Assembly (NCBI GenBank): GCA_035492455.1
Contig: DATJJE010000021.1
Coordinates: forward strand, 104,242 to 168,241
Reading direction: 5' to 3'
DNA length: 64,000 nucleotides
Source: Vicinamibacterales bacterium
GTDB lineage: Bacteria; Acidobacteriota; Vicinamibacteria; Vicinamibacterales; UBA2999
The translations under genes and the position numbers were made by a program. Each line of letters starts with the position of its first letter. Position 1 is the first letter of the stretch. The notes below the pieces were generated by a model. That model searched no databases, was not told where the DNA came from, and saw nothing but the letters and a program-made list of their open reading frames with translations. Of the stretch, positions 26,096 to 34,549 are shown one piece after another.

Positions 26096-26132
26096 GGCGG
26101 CCGGCGCAATTGCGTCAGGCCGCTTCTTCTTT
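26096..26132 (+). terminator. rho-independent terminator candidate
   Basis: The hairpin GGCGGCCGGCGC-AATT-GCGTCAGGCCGC (one bulge, one G-U pair) is followed directly by TTCTTCTTT, 32 nt after the KGG gene stop. Confidence 0.6.
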
Positions 26133-26190
26133 GTACAATTCAGGTTTCCCGCCGCACCCCGCACTTGTTTCTAGCGTGCAGGACCACGAT

Positions 26191-26264
26191 TGGGAGGTCG
26201 TTCAACGGTAGGACACGTGGCTCTGGACCACGTTATCGGGGTTCGAATCCCTGCCTCCCAGCCA
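26191..26264 (+). tRNA. tRNA-Gln (anticodon CUG)
   Basis: 74-nt cloverleaf. Acceptor is TGGGAGG/CCTCCCA (U1-A72, as in bacterial tRNA-Gln). Anticodon stem is CGTGG/CCACG with loop CTCTGGA. T-arm is CGGGG-TTCGAAT-CCCTG. Discriminator is G and CCA is encoded. Confidence 0.9.
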
Positions 26265-26415
26265 CCGAATTTCGGCTTAAGAATCAGTGGTTTGCAGCTA
26301 TCCCCTGATTCACTATCTTGGATACCGTAACTGCGACGTGCGTCGGCATGTCCCCGAGAACGCGCGCGGACTCCCGGCTGGACCCTCGGATTCGGCGCCA
26401 CGCCGCCGCGGCGCG

Positions 26416-27588
26416 TCAGATCGAGCGGGCCAGAATGTCCAGCCCTCTCGCGGCCGTCCGCTTGTCGATCGCCAGCGACGGCAGCAGCAGCACCGTCGAT
26501 CCTTCTGTCGACACGAGCAGCCCGTTGCGGCGGCACTGGTCATGGATGGTGTCCGCGTAGTCCTCGTCGCCGACATCGATGCCGATTGCAAGGCCCTGGA
26601 TGCGAACCGCCGCCGGGCGGTCGAACTCGAGTTGCAGCAGGCGGACGCGGAAATACTCACTCATCTCGGTAACGCCGGTGAGCAGCCGGGCCCGGTTCGC
26701 CTTGAGATCGCGCAGGGCCGCGATCGCCGCGGCGACGCTGCGAGGGTGCCACCCGTAGGTCGAGTAAAAAGCCCCGTCGTTCTCCTCCATCGACGTCGCG
26801 ATCGTTGCGGTTGCGATCACCGCACCAATCGGTGCCAGCCCGCCGCTCATCGCTTTCGCGACGCACAGCATGTCGGGGTCGAGGTCGAAGTGCTCGCACG
26901 CGAACAGCCGACCAGTCCGGCCGAATCCGCATGCGACTTCGTCGGCGATGAACAGCGTGCCGTACCGGCGGCAGAGGTCGCGTACCTGGCGGATGGCGTC
27001 GTTTTCTGGAATCAGGATGCCGAGATTGATGCTGATCGGCTCCATGACGAATGCGGCGACGTCGCGCCGCTTCAGCCGCTGCTCGATGCGGCGCAGTGCC
27101 TTCGCGTCAAGCGGCGGAGCAATCTTGCTGCAGTGCGGCAGCAGGTTTTTAATCTGCTCGCCGTTGTCGGACGTGCCGATGCTCAACCCGGCAAGCGTGT
27201 TGCCGTGATAGCTGCCTTCGAGCGAGAGCAATGCGCGGCGGCCGGTATGGATCATCGCGGCCTGCAGCGCGAGGTCGACCGCCTCGGATCCGCCGGTCGC
27301 CCGGAAACATGTGATCAACGGACGGGGAGCCAGCGACGCGAGCAGCCGCGCGAGCTCCGTCCACGGCGCATACGCGTAACCGGGATAGACGTAATCGGGT
27401 CCCTTGAAGCGTTCGATGGCTTTCGCGATCGCCGCGGGGCGCCATCCGAAATTCCCGACGCACCAGCCCATCACGAAGTCGATGTACTTCCTGCCGCGCG
27501 AGTCGGTGACGATGCTGCCGTTCGTGGCGACAACCTGCAGTTCCGCTGGCTCCTCTCTGGCGAGTGGCTCGCGGCGTCGAGCGGGCAT
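26416..27588 (-). CDS. class-III pyridoxal-phosphate-dependent aminotransferase
   Basis: 390 aa with the signature ADEVACGFGRTGRLFACEHFDLDPDMLCVAKAMSGG. The Lys in VAK is the expected Schiff-base residue. Confidence 0.85.
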   Translation of the reverse strand: MPARRREPLAREEPAELQVVATNGSIVTDSRGRKYIDFVMGWCVGNFGWRPAAIAKAIERFKGPDYVYPGYAYAPWTELARLLASLAPRPLITCFRATGGSEAVDLALQAAMIHTGRRALLSLEGSYHGNTLAGLSIGTSDNGEQIKNLLPHCSKIAPPLDAKALRRIEQRLKRRDVAAFVMEPISINLGILIPENDAIRQVRDLCRRYGTLFIADEVACGFGRTGRLFACEHFDLDPDMLCVAKAMSGGLAPIGAVIATATIATSMEENDGAFYSTYGWHPRSVAAAIAALRDLKANRARLLTGVTEMSEYFRVRLLQLEFDRPAAVRIQGLAIGIDVGDEDYADTIHDQCRRNGLLVSTEGSTVLLLPSLAIDKRTAARGLDILARSI

Positions 27589-27766
27589 GAAGGAATCCTT
27601 TCCGTGCGCGGCTATGGCGGCAGCATCATTATTGAGGATCAGTACGCTCTCGTCATGCGCATCGCAAGCTGATCATCCACCCGCGACTCTCGGACCACCT
27701 TCTCCTGTGCAGTCCGAATCGAAAGAAGCGAGATCGCCACAGAATGCCCGTGGGCGAATCACTGCA

Positions 27767-27945
27767 TCAGGCCGCCTCACGGATGAACCAGTTGCGGAAA
27801 TTGTCCCGAACACCCAGCCACACACTGTGCCCGGTGTCTTGAATATCTGGTCGAACAGCGTTGATTTCGCTCGGACTTTCGCGGCTCGCGACCACGACAT
27901 CTCGCGGCGACGCCGTCGACGATGATGATCGAATCGTTCTCCGAT
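27767..27945 (-). pseudogene. C-terminal remnant of an alpha/beta-hydrolase-like gene
   Basis: Two frames read ..ENDSIIIVDGVAAR.. and then ..DVVVASRESPSEINAVRPDIQDTGHSVWLGVRDNFRNWFIREAA stop (27767-27769). This resembles the last strand, catalytic His and final helix of alpha/beta hydrolases. There is no start codon and no room for the remaining ~200 aa before the next gene at 27984. Confidence 0.35.
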
Positions 27946-27983
27946 TGTGGGGCGCAACCGCACCATTCGCCTGGTGCGTGCGT

Positions 27984-28907
27984 TTACGTCGTCAGCTCCA
28001 ACATGATTTTGCCGCGACTATGCGGCGCACCGGCGAGCATTGCATGCGCGGAGCGCACATCGGCTAGCGGCAGGACGGACCCGACTTGCGGGAGTACCTC
28101 GCCCCTGTCAAGCAGCTTGGAAATCGCCCCGAGCCGTGCGGCTGTAACTTCTGCATAGAAGAACGCCGAGCGCACGTCAGGACGCGTGGGCACGAACGCA
28201 GTCGAGACAACGGTCACCAGAATCCCGCCCGGTTTCAGCGCGCCAAACGCGCGGTCACGGGTGTCGCCGCCGACGGTGTCGATTACTACGTCCACGGACC
28301 GCGCAATATCTGCGAAATCGGTGACTCCATAATCGATCACGTCCGTGGCTCCGAGGCTTCGGACATGCTGCACGTCCTTCGATCCTACGACCGCGATGAT
28401 ATGGAAGCCCGCATTCGCGGCGAACTGGACCGCATAGGCTCCGACGTTTCCCGCGGCGCCGAGAATCATCACACGGTGACCGGCTTCAGGACGCGCATGT
28501 TCAAAGAGCATCTGCCACGCCGTGACCGCGACGACGGGCACGGACGCGGCCTCGAGGCTGCTTAGGCGCGCGGGCTTCGAGGAGATCATGTCGGCGGCGG
28601 CCAGCGCGTACTCCGCTTGCGCTCCCACAAACTGCGGGTTCGTCACGCCGTAGATTTCATCACCAGTTTTGAACTGGTTGACACCCGACCCGATGGCTTC
28701 GACGACGCCCGACAGGTCAGACCCGAGGGTCAGAGGCGGAGGCGGACTGACTTTGCTCTTGCCCTCACGAATGAGCGCGTCCCAAGGCCCAACGCCAGCC
28801 GCCGCGACCCGCACGAGCACTTCTCTCGCCGCCGGACTCGGACGCGGGATGTCCTCAACGATGATCACGTCGGGCGGACCAAACCGATGGATGCGCGCCG
28901 CTTTCAT
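27984..28907 (-). CDS. NADPH:quinone oxidoreductase / zinc-type alcohol dehydrogenase-like (MDR family)
   Basis: 307 aa. The N-terminus is MKAARIHRFGPPDVIIVEDIPRPSPAAREVLVRVAAAGV. The Rossmann motif is VMILGAAGNVGAYAVQFA. Confidence 0.85.
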   Translation of the reverse strand: MKAARIHRFGPPDVIIVEDIPRPSPAAREVLVRVAAAGVGPWDALIREGKSKVSPPPPLTLGSDLSGVVEAIGSGVNQFKTGDEIYGVTNPQFVGAQAEYALAAADMISSKPARLSSLEAASVPVVAVTAWQMLFEHARPEAGHRVMILGAAGNVGAYAVQFAANAGFHIIAVVGSKDVQHVRSLGATDVIDYGVTDFADIARSVDVVIDTVGGDTRDRAFGALKPGGILVTVVSTAFVPTRPDVRSAFFYAEVTAARLGAISKLLDRGEVLPQVGSVLPLADVRSAHAMLAGAPHSRGKIMLELTT

Positions 28908-29135
28908 TTCACGCGATAACCAGCAAGCCGCGGTGATTCAACGTTCACAAGGAACATTTCCCATTAACGATATGGTAAGCGTCGACAGCGCTTCTTGAGC
29001 GCGCGCTGTCGATTCACGCCGAACGGATCAGCCAGTTGCGATAATCCTCCGAACAGCCAGCCCGACCTCGCTCGCCATTCGGGCGAGCTTCGTCTAGGAC
29101 TGCGGCTTGCACCGATCAACCCGTTGAGGTGTGTC

Positions 29136-29729
29136 ATGGCAGCGAACCGCAGCTCGACGAAACAGTCGACCAAAGAAACGAAGAGCGACCTCGCCGTTTC
29201 CTACGACGAATTCAAAGAGCACGAGGGACAGCGCTACACGGGCATGAAGATCGGCCGAAGTCACAAGTGGTATTACGACCGGGGCGAGTGGAAGGAAAAG
29301 AAGATCACTCCCGACTTGTGGCAGATCGGCTATGCCGTGACCAAGCGACGCGCCGGACGCGCTCCGGAAGGATCGGGTGTTCCGGTCGGCACTGAGTACC
29401 ACTGGTACATCCTGGCGCATCAAAACACGGCCAAACGAACGGCGAACGATTACACGACGACGCTCACCGGCCTCAAATTCAAAATCGCGCACAAGCGCGC
29501 CGGCAGCGAGAAGTGGAGCGCTACGCCGCGGACGCAACGCAAGCGAATGATCATGTTCCTGCGAGGTGTTCTCGCCGATCTCGAGAAGCAGACCGATCGC
29601 GAGGAGACAGCGATCGGCGCGCGGGCCGGGCGGCAGCGCCGGGCACGCCGCATGTCGACACAACCTTCCAGGCGCCGCGCCACCAGCTCGCGCCGTAGTC
29701 CACGCTCGCGATTGACCGTCCGCTCCTAA
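29136..29729 (+). CDS. hypothetical protein (Lys/Arg-rich, no family recognised)
   Basis: ATG 29136 is preceded by GAGGTG. The product begins MAANRSSTKQSTKETK... with KWYYDRGEWKEKKITPDLWQIGY. The track start at 28995 adds an unlikely leader. Confidence 0.5.
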   Translation: MAANRSSTKQSTKETKSDLAVSYDEFKEHEGQRYTGMKIGRSHKWYYDRGEWKEKKITPDLWQIGYAVTKRRAGRAPEGSGVPVGTEYHWYILAHQNTAKRTANDYTTTLTGLKFKIAHKRAGSEKWSATPRTQRKRMIMFLRGVLADLEKQTDREETAIGARAGRQRRARRMSTQPSRRRATSSRRSPRSRLTVRS

Positions 29730-30100
29730 CGGCCCACGCGACTTCGCTCGCGGCCGCCCGCCGCGGCGAGAACGGATTCGAGCCGATCCAGATTCTGCTC
29801 ATTCGCAGGTTCGACGATGTGCTTGATGCGTGCCGCCACCGCAACGTCCTCGAACTCCTGCGTCCAGGTAATCGCCGTTCCGCCTTCATCGGCAGCCAGC
29901 GTAATCGTGAGCACGTAGCGCGGCTTCGAAACGTGGTGAATCACGATGGAGGAGCTCCGGCCGCGCGAAAGCCTCAAACACCGCTTCGGGTCGATGCGCG
30001 AGCACTCGATGCGTGCGAAACACCGTGCCAGTCGCATCGCCTGAGTTCGTCTGCCGGTGCAGCCGAGGTAGTCCGGTCTGAGCGGACGAAGTTTCGGCGG
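29726..30100 (-). pseudogene. SRPBCC/AHSA1-like gene remnant (internal deletion plus frameshift)
   Basis: One frame gives the N-terminal-type sequence TVFRTHRVLAHRPEAVFEAFARPELL and then stops at 29886. The adjacent frame continues IVIHHVSKPRYVLTITLAADEGGTAITWTQEFEDVAVAARIKHIVEPANEQNLDRLESVL to the stop at 29726. The ~45-aa middle of the fold is missing and there is no ATG. Confidence 0.45.
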
Positions 30101-30102
30101 CG

Positions 30103-30504
30103 TTACGTCTTGGAGTTGTTGTTGCAGAGCTGCTGAACGGTACGGGCGAGGGTGCCGGCAGCCGAATACTTCGGGACGTACGCCGCCGCGCCATTGTTCA
30201 GCGCAATAGTCCGGACGTCGTCATCGTCAAACGCGGTAACAATGACGATTTGCATGTCCGGAACGCTGACCTTCAGGCGTCGGCAGATCTCCAGACCGTC
30301 CACATCCGGCAGCATCAAATCGACGACGAGCACGTCGGGCCGCAGCCGCGTCACCGCCTCAACTGCTTCGTGTCCACGGGGCACAGCCGCCACAACATCG
30401 CAGTCGCGCGCCAGCATCGAGTGGAACGCCTGCAGCACCAACGGATGATCGTCGGCGATGACAACTCGTGGCCGACGATCTTTCCCTGCAGTCACAGCGC
30501 TCAT
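30103..30504 (-). CDS. response regulator, receiver domain only
   Basis: ATG 30504 gives MSAVTAGKDRRPRVVIADDHPLVLQAF...PDVLVVDLMLPDVDGLEICRRLK...IVTAF...AAAYVPK. This is a complete CheY-like receiver of 133 aa with no DNA-binding domain. It is divergent from the kinase gene, with 52 nt between start codons. Confidence 0.8.
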   Translation of the reverse strand: MSAVTAGKDRRPRVVIADDHPLVLQAFHSMLARDCDVVAAVPRGHEAVEAVTRLRPDVLVVDLMLPDVDGLEICRRLKVSVPDMQIVIVTAFDDDDVRTIALNNGAAAYVPKYSAAGTLARTVQQLCNNNSKT

Positions 30505-30556
30505 TTTATGCTCCGCTGTGCGACAATGCCCGCCTTTCATCCGTCGGGAGGTAACG

Positions 30557-32371
30557 ATGAAGACGCTGGTGTGGGCGACCATCAGTCTTCTCACGTTTTT
30601 CCCATCAGCGGCTCGCGCGCAAAGCAATCACAACCAGGTTCTCGCGCTGTATTCGACCAGGCGCGATGCGGAGTTTTCGATTGTCGGCGAGGACGAGCTC
30701 CCCCGCATCCTCAACGTGGGTCTCGCGAGCAATCTCGACTACTACTCGGAGTTCATCGACCTGTCCCGGTTCCCTGATCCTGGCTCCAAGACCGCGTTTC
30801 GCGATTTTCTGCGTCAGAAGTACCGGGACATTCATTTCGATCTCGTCGTCGCGCTGCAGGACGCGGCAATCGAGTTCGTCAACGGCTTCGGCGCCACGCT
30901 GTTCCCGGAGACACCGATCGTTTACCTCACGAACCGGCCGCTCACGACCCGTCGACCCAATTCGACGGGGCTGGTTCAGGAGCGTAATTTCGCGGCAACG
31001 ATTGGCTTGCTGCGTCAGCTGGAGCCGGAGGTGACGCGTGTATATGTCGTCATCGGCGCCGCCGATGCGGACAAGGCGTACGAGCAGACTGTGCGACAGC
31101 AGTTGGACCGATCTGCCTTTGGCTCCGGACTGACATTCACCTATTTGTCGGGACTGACGACAACCGACCTCGTGCAACGGTTGTCGCAACTCCCCAAAGG
31201 CTCGGCGGTCTATTACATCCTGGTTAACGAGGACGGCGCCGGCAAGAGGTTCCATCCGCTCGATTACGTCGACCGCGTAGCGGCAGCGGCGAACGCACCG
31301 ACTTATTGCTGGGTCGATTCCGCGATGAGTCACGGCATCGTAGGCGGCAGTCTCTACACGCAACGGGATGCCGTTCGGCAGGTCGGCGAAGTCGCCGTCC
31401 GAGTGCTGCGCGGCGAATCCGCCGACAGTATTCCTGTTGCTGTTCTCAACCTGAATGTGAACCAGGTCGATTGGCGACAGCTTCGCAAGTGGCGCATTGA
31501 CGAAGCGCGGATACCCGCTGGAACGCTCGTCAAGTTTCGCGATCCGACAGCATGGGATCGCTACAAGACGTATATCCTCGCGGTGCTCACCGTCGTGGTC
31601 CTGCAGATGGGACTGATAGCGGGACTGCTGATTCAACGCACGCGGCGACGGCGCGCTGAGGCGGAACTGCGGGGCAACCGCAATGAGCTCCGCGCGAGCT
31701 ACGAGCGCAATCGCGATCTCGGAGCTCGTTTGTTGAACGCACAAGAGACCGAGCGTTCGCGTATCGCACGCGAGCTGCACGACGACATCTGTCAGCGGAT
31801 GCTGCTGCTGACGATCGATCTCGAATCGCTGCCGCGGCGAGATGGTGAGGGAACGGCCACGGGCGCGGTGGAGGCTGCCCGTGACATAGCCCGCAGCCTG
31901 CACTCACTCTCACATCGTTTGCATCCAGCGCGATTGCGAGTGATCGGCCTTGTGGCGGCACTCGAGCGTCTGTGCGCGGAAGTGTCGCGTGCCGGTCTGG
32001 CCGTTCTCTTCGAGCACCGGGCCGTTCCATCGACGCTGCCACCCGACCTGATGTTGTGCGTCTTCCGGATCGTTCAGGAGGCGCTGCAGAACGCCATCAA
32101 ATACAGCCGCGCCAGTGAGGTGTTGGTGCGCGTGGCCGGCGCGCCGGGCGAGCTTCGGCTCACGGTTATCGACGACGGCGTGGGATTTGACGTTGACGCC
32201 GCCTGGCGGAACGGCGTGGGGCTGATCAGCATGGTTGAGCGCGTCGAGACAATCGGCGGGGTGCTGGAAATACGTTCGACCCCTGGAACAGGCACGTCCG
32301 TGGCGGCCGTGATCCCGCTACGCATCGACCAACCCTCCGGACAAGCGTTACAATCTGCCCTCACCATATGA
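30557..32371 (+). CDS. sensor histidine kinase (HisKA_3/NarL-type) with a periplasmic solute-binding-protein-like sensor domain
   Basis: ATG 30557 follows GGGAGGT. The signal/TM1 is MKTLVWATISLLTFFPSAARAQ, followed by a ~330-aa periplasmic domain with alternating alpha/beta character. TM2 is ILAVLTVVVLQMGLIAGLLI. The H-box is ERSRIARELHDDICQRMLLL, and the C-terminal ATPase motifs are QEALQNAIKYS, DDGVGF and GVGLISMVERVE. Confidence 0.85.
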   Translation: MKTLVWATISLLTFFPSAARAQSNHNQVLALYSTRRDAEFSIVGEDELPRILNVGLASNLDYYSEFIDLSRFPDPGSKTAFRDFLRQKYRDIHFDLVVALQDAAIEFVNGFGATLFPETPIVYLTNRPLTTRRPNSTGLVQERNFAATIGLLRQLEPEVTRVYVVIGAADADKAYEQTVRQQLDRSAFGSGLTFTYLSGLTTTDLVQRLSQLPKGSAVYYILVNEDGAGKRFHPLDYVDRVAAAANAPTYCWVDSAMSHGIVGGSLYTQRDAVRQVGEVAVRVLRGESADSIPVAVLNLNVNQVDWRQLRKWRIDEARIPAGTLVKFRDPTAWDRYKTYILAVLTVVVLQMGLIAGLLIQRTRRRRAEAELRGNRNELRASYERNRDLGARLLNAQETERSRIARELHDDICQRMLLLTIDLESLPRRDGEGTATGAVEAARDIARSLHSLSHRLHPARLRVIGLVAALERLCAEVSRAGLAVLFEHRAVPSTLPPDLMLCVFRIVQEALQNAIKYSRASEVLVRVAGAPGELRLTVIDDGVGFDVDAAWRNGVGLISMVERVETIGGVLEIRSTPGTGTSVAAVIPLRIDQPSGQALQSALTI

Positions 32372-33330
32372 CCGCGGTCCGCCTTCTCGGCGCGTCGGTC
32401 GTTCTACTTGCCGCCCTTGTCGGCCCGACGCAATACGTCTACTCGCAGGACACGCAAGGCCCGGAGCTGCTGCACGTGCAGGGCAACGTCAGCATGCTTG
32501 CGGGGGCCGGCGGCAACATCGCGGTGCAGGTCGGCAAGGACGGCATCCTGCTGGTGGACTCGGGCAGCGCGCCGATGACCGACAAGGTCGTCCAGGCGCT
32601 GCGGAACGTTTCAAAGGGTCAGGTCACCTACATCGTCAACACGAACGAGCGCGCCGATCACGTTGGCGGCAATGCAAATTTCGCGCGGCTCGGACGTCCG
32701 CTTGCGATCGCGCGTGCCGCGCAGGCGCGCGTCTTCATCGTCGGCTTCAGCACGATGCTCGAGCGCATGAGCGACCCGCTCGCGAAGCTTGGTGTGCCGG
32801 AGCCCGGGTGGCTGAACGATACGTACTCCGGTCCGCAGAAGAACCTGTCGTTCAACGGGGACGCGGTGCAGGTCTTCCATCAGGCGGCGACGACCGGGAG
32901 CGACAGCATCGTGCTGTTTCGTCGCGCCGACGTGATCGCCACCGGCGACATTTTCGATCCGACCGAATATCCAATCATCGATCTGAAAAGCGGCGGCAGC
33001 CTGCAGGGCGTGCTCGAAGGACTGAATCGTCTGCGGCAGATGGCGGTCCCGGCGGATCACATGGAGAACGGGACGATGATCATCCCGGGGCACGGACGCG
33101 TCAGCGACGTTGCGGATCTCGATATCTACCACCAGATGGTGACGATTGTGCGCGACCGCCTCCAGGACATGATCAAGCGCGGCATGACGCTGGAGCAGGT
33201 GAAGGCGGCGAAACCCACGCGAGACTACGACCCGGTCTACGGCCATGATACGGGGAACTGGACGACCGACATGTTCATCGAGGCCGCGTATCGGAGCCTC
33301 AGCACCAACGGTGCCCGTTCAAGTAACTAG
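32368..33330 (+). CDS. secreted MBL-fold (metallo-beta-lactamase-like) protein with a degenerate metal-binding motif
   Basis: The start overlaps the kinase stop (ATGA). A signal-like N-terminus is present. MBL motif 2 reads TNERADH (32641-32661) instead of HxHxDH. The motif-3 His is absent (QAATTGSD). Motif 4 (ATGDIF) and motif 5 (IIPGHGR) are retained. Confidence 0.7.
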   Translation: MTAVRLLGASVVLLAALVGPTQYVYSQDTQGPELLHVQGNVSMLAGAGGNIAVQVGKDGILLVDSGSAPMTDKVVQALRNVSKGQVTYIVNTNERADHVGGNANFARLGRPLAIARAAQARVFIVGFSTMLERMSDPLAKLGVPEPGWLNDTYSGPQKNLSFNGDAVQVFHQAATTGSDSIVLFRRADVIATGDIFDPTEYPIIDLKSGGSLQGVLEGLNRLRQMAVPADHMENGTMIIPGHGRVSDVADLDIYHQMVTIVRDRLQDMIKRGMTLEQVKAAKPTRDYDPVYGHDTGNWTTDMFIEAAYRSLSTNGARSSN

Positions 33331-33338
33331 GAGCGCGC

Positions 33339-33725
33339 ATGAAACCTGGATTGCTCGTCGTCTGCTTTACTCTCGTCCTCTCGTCCTCAACATTCGCGCA
33401 TCATTCGGCAACGGCGACTTACGTCCATGGCCAGGTCGTCAAGATTGAAGGCACGCTGAAGGAGTTCGTGTGGCGCAACCCGCACTCGTTCATGAAGGTT
33501 GAAGCCCCCGACGACAAAGGTGAGAAACAGATCTGGACGATTGAAGGCGCTGCTCCACAGCAGCTCACCGAAGGCGGGCTGACCGCGTCGACGCTCCGCG
33601 CCGGCGACAAAGTCATCGTGACCGGATATCCCGGACGCATCGCCGAAGACCATCGACTGCTGCTGCAGGTGATCGAGCGGCCGTCGGACGGCTTCAAGTA
33701 CCAGGGACCGGCCGCGAACTTCTGA
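33339..33725 (+). CDS. small secreted protein with a predicted His-His mature N-terminus (DUF6152-like by my recollection)
   Basis: 128 aa. The signal peptide ends ..SSSTFA, followed by HHSATATY. It also has GTLKEFVWRNPHSFMKV. It is a paralog of 47471-47893. Confidence 0.7.
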   Translation: MKPGLLVVCFTLVLSSSTFAHHSATATYVHGQVVKIEGTLKEFVWRNPHSFMKVEAPDDKGEKQIWTIEGAAPQQLTEGGLTASTLRAGDKVIVTGYPGRIAEDHRLLLQVIERPSDGFKYQGPAANF

Positions 33726-33727
33726 TC

Positions 33728-34549
33728 ATGAAGACGCGTTTCGCGGACCTGAAAGGTCCGCGCCGATCGGGACTGGTTTTCGTGGCAGCCGTGCTACTGC
33801 TGCTGTCACGCCACCTCGCCGCGCAGCGCGCCACCGCGCCAGACGATTACACCGGCTACTGGGTGTCGGAGGTGACGGAAAAGTGGCGCTTCCGCATGCT
33901 CGTGCCGGACAAGAACGACTACATCCAGGTGCCGCTGAACCCCGAAGGACGACGCGTCGCTGCGTTGTGGGATCCGGCGAAGGACGAGGCGAGCGGCGAA
34001 GCGTGCAGATCGTACGGCGCCGGCGGCATCATGCAGGTGCCAGGGCGGCTGCACATCACGTGGCAGGACGAGAACACGCTGCGTGTGGATACCGATTCCG
34101 GACAGCAGACGCGTCTGTTCCACTTCGCGGGCTCACCGCCCGCCGGCGAGAAGCCGTCGTGGCAGGGCTACTCAGCGGCGTCATGGGGCGGAGGGGAGCC
34201 CAGAGATCGTCGAGATGGACAAGGCGGCCCGGTTCAGGACAAAGAGGGCCGCCTGGTGGTTGACAAGGCGCAGCAGAAACCTCCGGATTATCTGCGGGTC
34301 GTCACCACGCGCATGCGTCCCGGCTACCTGCAGAAGAATGGTGTTCCTTACAGCGCGAACGCCGTCATCGAAGAGTACTTCGACACGTTTTCGGATCCGT
34401 ACACCAAGAATACCTGGCTCGTCGTGACCACGATGGTGACCGATCCGCAGTACCTGATCGAGCCGCTCATCATGCACGCGCACTTCAAGAAACTGCCGGA
34501 TGCATCCGGATGGGATCCAACGCCATGCCGAGCAAACGAACCGCGCTGA
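33728..34549 (+). CDS. secreted hypothetical protein, divergent member of the W-E-G-x-T-L-V-V family
   Basis: 273 aa with a signal-like N-terminus. Motif HITWQDENTLRVDTDSG. The C-terminal part (GYLQKNGVPYSANAVIEEYF...VTDPQYLIEPLIMHAHF...WDPTPC) parallels the next gene. Confidence 0.65.
   Translation: MKTRFADLKGPRRSGLVFVAAVLLLLSRHLAAQRATAPDDYTGYWVSEVTEKWRFRMLVPDKNDYIQVPLNPEGRRVAALWDPAKDEASGEACRSYGAGGIMQVPGRLHITWQDENTLRVDTDSGQQTRLFHFAGSPPAGEKPSWQGYSAASWGGGEPRDRRDGQGGPVQDKEGRLVVDKAQQKPPDYLRVVTTRMRPGYLQKNGVPYSANAVIEEYFDTFSDPYTKNTWLVVTTMVTDPQYLIEPLIMHAHFKKLPDASGWDPTPCRANEPR

Noticed and set aside
32368-33330. Interpreting the MBL-fold protein as a persulfide dioxygenase feeding sulfite to SorAB
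   Set aside because: The protein has an export signal and has lost three His ligands. Known persulfide dioxygenases are cytoplasmic with an intact HxHxDH motif.
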